In this document: in pieces, positions 59,837 to 64,000 of the stretch
Position numbering within the stretch: the first letter of the stretch is position 1
Layout of the letters: each line of letters opens with the position of its first letter
Origin: Octopus vulgaris
Taxonomy: Eukaryota
DNA length: 64,000 nucleotides
Assembly (NCBI GenBank): GCA_951406725.2
Contig: OX597826.1
Location: 47,988,001 to 48,052,000, forward strand
Direction: 5' to 3'
Translations under genes and position numbers: made by a program
Notes under the pieces: generated by a model
What the model saw: the letters and a program-made list of their open reading frames with translations, nothing else
The model's database searches: none
Told to the model about the DNA's origin: nothing

Positions 59837-60888
59837 CAGTACTGTGCAAAAGTTTTCAGCCACTTTAAACTATTGTAAATTTCTACTAATTGCCAAAGTG
59901 GATGTTTTGCTTTGCGTCTTTTACAAGATGAAACATTGGACCTGTTGGAGTCATTTCTATACTTAATCATTATATTTCGCAGTAGGGGTTCTGAATGAGA
60001 GAGGAAGATGCAAGACGACCACCCCCAAACTTCACTGTTTTCATCGTGTAACATGGGTCATTTTGCTTTCCTGGAGGCCTTCTGACAAATTCTCACTTAT
60101 TAGAAAGTGAAACACCCCATGTTACATGAAAAAAGTAGTGAAGCTTGGGGGTAAGAGTCTGATGCTTTGAGGATGCATAAAATGTGATGGTTCAAGAGGA
60201 TTGGTTAAAATAAACAGTAAACTTGAATAGTGCCAAATACATCCAGTTGCTGAAGGACAATTTGATAGCAGACTTAGACAAAGGTGAGATATTTCAGCAC
60301 GATAAAGTTTCATGTTACAGATCAAGAGCAACACAACAGAGTCTGGCTGATGAAGGTGTTACTGCATTGAAGGATTGGCCAGCTCAGAGTCATGACTTAA
60401 ATATCATCAAGCAAATGTGGACAGAACTAAAAAGGAGAGTTCATCAGAAGAATCCACACAATCTTGAAGGGTTCTGGAAGCTCAGCCACAAAGAATGGTA
60501 TCTCATACCTGTGAAGATGATGAAGGATTTGTACACATCTCTTCCCAGGTGCATTGAAGCAATTATCAAAGGTAAGAGAAGCCACACGACATATTAACAA
60601 TCTACAGTAAATTCTTGAAATAAACATTATGTTATAAATTTTCATTATAGACATTTTTCTGTTTTTAAAACACTGTATCTTTATTGGTTCATGTGAGGTA
60701 GCCCAAAACTTTAGCATGGTCGTTTTGCATTTTCCTCTCTCATTCAGAACCCCTACTACAAAATATAATGATTAGGTACGGAAATGATTCTAACAAGGCC
60801 AATGTTTCGTCTGTAAAACATTCGCTTATAAGTTGGCAATTAATAGAAATTTACAGTAGTTTAAAGTGGCCAAGGTCTTTTGCCTGGT

Positions 60889-60892
<4 letters not shown>
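59837..60892 (+). mobile_element. Decayed Tc1-family transposon with ~190-bp TIRs
   Basis: Begins ta|cagtactgtgcaaaag; long inverted repeats ~59837-60020 / ~60717-60892; ORF 60223-60597 IFQHDK...DWPAQSHDLNIIKQMW (Tc1 DDE C-terminus). Confidence 0.88.
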
Positions 60893-60947
<55 letters not shown>

Positions 60948-60954
60948 AATATAA

Positions 60955-61205
60955 ATGCGTCCTTTTCAAGCCTAGCCAGGCTCATGGGCTCGTTTTTCCC
61001 GGTTTCTATGGTGTATGCGTTCCCCCAGCTGGACGAGACGCCAGTCCATCGCAACATTACTCATTTTTGCCAGCTGAGTGGACTGGAGCAACGGGAAATG
61101 AAGTGTTTTGCTCAAGAACACAACGCGTCGCCCGGTCCAGGAATCGAAACCACAATCTTACGATCATGATGCTGACACCCTAACCACTAAGCCACGCGCC
61201 TCCAC
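60955..61205 (-). mobile_element. SINE family C
   Basis: Reverse complement of 36065-36315. Confidence 0.82.
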
Positions 61206-61348
61206 ACATATATATATATTTATTTGGTTAATGTCAGATGGAAGAATTTTTATTACTCAGTACATTAACCAAATACATATCAAACACTATGAAAGTGATC
61301 ATGCTTTACCGGTAAGTGACCAGGTATAAACTATTTGTTTTATCATCT

Positions 61349-61387
<39 letters not shown>

Positions 61388-61755
61388 TATATTTAAACAC
61401 CTTGGGCAAGTGTCTTCAACTGTAGCCTCAGGCAAATCAAAGCCTTGTGAATAGATTTGGTTGCCGGAAACTGAGAGAAACCTGTCAGAGTAATGAGTCA
61501 CAGATGAAGATTAATTAAATCTGAAATCAGCACTGATATGATTCCATCTCATTTGCCATAGGGAGGGTGCCTGCCTCCCTTGTCAGCCATTAGAAATGTG
61601 CTCTCATGTGGCTAAGAGTTTTTTTTACTGTTATTTCTAGCAATGCTGGTGCTTGCTAGCAGCCTCAGTCACTTTAGTGACAACTATACTTGTAAGCTTT
61701 CAGTTGCAAATTGCGAATAGCCACCTTAATAATTTATATATATATATATATATAT

Positions 61756-61798
<43 letters not shown>

Positions 61799-62041
61799 TG
61801 TTTGTGAGAGTGCATGTATAAGAGTGTTTTTTATATTGTTTGTCTTCTACTGTCACTTGATAACTGGAGTTGGGCACTGTGACTTAGCAATTTGGCAAAA
61901 AAGATTGATAGAATAAATACTAGGCTTGACAAAATAAGTATTGGAGTTGATACATTCAACCAAAAATTCTTTAAGGCAGTGGCCCCAATCTGGCCACAAT
62001 TTAATGACCGAAACAAGCAAAAGATAAAATATATATATATA

Positions 62042-62452
62042 GGCGCAGGAGTGGCTGTGTGGTAAGTAGCTTGCTAACCAACCACATGGTTCCGGGTTCA
62101 GTCCCACTGCGAGGCACCTTGGGCAAGTGTCTTCTGCTATAGCCTCGGGCCGACCAATGCCTTGTGAGTGGATTTGGTAGACGGAAACTGAAAGAAGCCC
62201 ATCGTATATATGTATATATATATATATGTGTGTGTGTATGTTTGTGTATCTGTGTTTGTCCCCCCAACATTGCTTGACAACCGATGCTGGTGTGTTTACG
62301 CCCCCGTTACTTAGCGGTTCGGCAAAAGAAACCGATAGAATAAGTACTGGGCTTACAAAAGAATAAGTCCCGGGGTCGAGTTGCTCGATTAAAGGCGGTG
62401 CTCCAGCATGGCCGCAGTCAAATGACTGAAACAAGTAAAAGAGTAAAGAGTA
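62042..62452 (+). mobile_element. SINE family A, full length
   Basis: Family homology. Confidence 0.9.
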
Positions 62453-62853
62453 TATTGAAAAATATAAGCCAAAACTTAACCATTTCTAACATTTTATTCT
62501 ATCAGAACCAAATCATGTTAAATTAACAAAACCTAATCATTCCCAACATTTTTTATTATATCCCTTATACTGAAAAAAAATAAAACCCTGATTACCTCCC
62601 CCTGTTTCGAACTCTTCTACATCACACCATAATGAATCGGTAAAGAAATTTGAGAAATTTGAAAAGAAAATGCGAAACTGGTTATTTCTCCAAAAAACTA
62701 TGTCACTATACCCAAAATTTTATAACATTTTCCTAACATGACAATTTTAATATATTTTTTAACCATATAATACAAATCTCCTATAGTTTTTTCATTCTGT
62801 TTTGTTTCTTATATATCCAACAACATGCTTTCACATACCAACTCTCTCACCTC

Positions 62854-62917
<64 letters not shown>

Positions 62918-62936
62918 GCAACAAGAATGGATAGGT

Positions 62937-63027
62937 TTTTAGTACAATCGTTTCATACAAGGACAGGTTTTATTAAAAGTTGCAAAAATTACAGCATATA
63001 AACGTGTCCCGTACTCATCAGCTAAAA
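62937..63027 (-). ncRNA. Mirror copy of the hammerhead ribozyme in the left palindrome arm
   Basis: Reverse complement of 63547-63637. Confidence 0.85.
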
Positions 63028-63546
63028 TACATGTGAGTTCTCTAGACATCCTAGTGGTTGAGGCTATACTCATGAAGTAATGTAGATAATTAAGTAACAT
63101 AAACAGATTTCAAAAGTTCATTAAAGTTCTTTAAAGATGATGTACAGTCTTATCACAGAATTTTAAAAAGTCTTAATAGCATCACAGAGAAGGTGACCCA
63201 ATCCATAGTGCACATATGAATTTCCAGAGATATGATGAGGGATTACATACTCACAGAAAGCAAATTTATCCATTGTTAATTACACCTCGTTGTAATTAAC
63301 AATGGATAAATTTGCTTTCTGTGATATGTAATCCCTCATCATATCTCTGGAAATTCATATGTGCACTATGGATTGGGTCACCTTCTCTGTGATGCTATTA
63401 AGACTTTTTAAAATTCTGTGATAAGACTGTACATCATCTTTAAAGAACTTTAATGAACTTTTGAAATCTGTTTATGTTACTTAATTATCTACATTACTTC
63501 ATGAGTATAGCCTCAACCACTAGGATGTCTAGAGAACTCACATGTA

Positions 63547-63637
63547 TTTTAGCTGATGAGTACGGGACACGTTTATATGCTGTAATTTTTGCAACTTTTA
63601 ATAAAACCTGTCCTTGTATGAAACGATTGTACTAAAA
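63547..63637 (+). ncRNA. Minimal type I hammerhead ribozyme
   Basis: ttttag CTGATGA gtacgggaca...tgtccttgtat GAAA C gatt G TA ctaaaa: 6-bp stem I, extended stem II, short stem III, GUA cleavage site after 63631. Confidence 0.85.
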
Positions 63638-63783
63638 ACCTATCCATTCTTGTTGCTTCATTCTCGCTTATAATCACCCCACATTACTGTATTGTTAAAT
63701 CAGTATAGTTTTTTTGGTGCATCTAAGTTAGGTACCATATTCAAGTAAATTCATTTAAATTAACTTGAATCTTTATTGCTTTT

Positions 63784-63821
<38 letters not shown>

Positions 63822-64000
63822 CATATTTACATACACAAACCCTAATATGCTTATAACATTCCATAATATATATTATGGTATACAACACTATGATATATAT
63901 ATATATATATATATAATATTATTTGTAATATCAAACAAATAACAGCTTTTATAATCAACCACAACAGTTACAACACACCAGTACTGCTGTAAACTCCAAC

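Larger units (their letters stand above)
62913..63786 (+). mobile_element. Penelope-like pseudo-LTR insertion with inverted duplication (palindrome 62913-63661), flanked by (AT)n
   Basis: Arms of 372 and 371 bp, 6-nt loop cctcgt (63285-63290), one indel seen; hammerhead in each arm; right arm continues ~125 bp to an AT tract. Confidence 0.75.

Overview
AT-rich eukaryotic DNA packed with microsatellites ((AT)n, (GT)n, (GATA)n, (AAT)n, (GAT)n) and several tRNA-derived SINE families. The repeat landscape resembles an octopus (coleoid cephalopod) genome; this is inferred from the repeats, not proven. No host protein-coding gene could be recognised, and most listed ORFs are microsatellite artefacts. 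The protein-coding remnants are all transposon-derived: a young 5'-truncated CR1-like LINE (4024-5400), a second CR1 3' end, a 5'-inverted RTE, two R4/Dong-like RLE elements, mariner and Tc1 remnants, and Penelope-like (PLE) remnants. Two signals stand out. (1) A near-perfect 749-bp palindrome (62913-63661) carries a complete minimal type I hammerhead ribozyme in each arm, typical of an inverted PLE pseudo-LTR. (2) From about 20 to 62 kb, the short non-repetitive islands between microsatellites repeatedly form nested imperfect hairpins of 40-150 nt whose G:U pairs favour the + strand, suggesting a long structured transcript (ADAR-substrate intron/UTR, pri-miRNA cluster or lncRNA). The hairpin array was found by eye and needs statistical folding controls.
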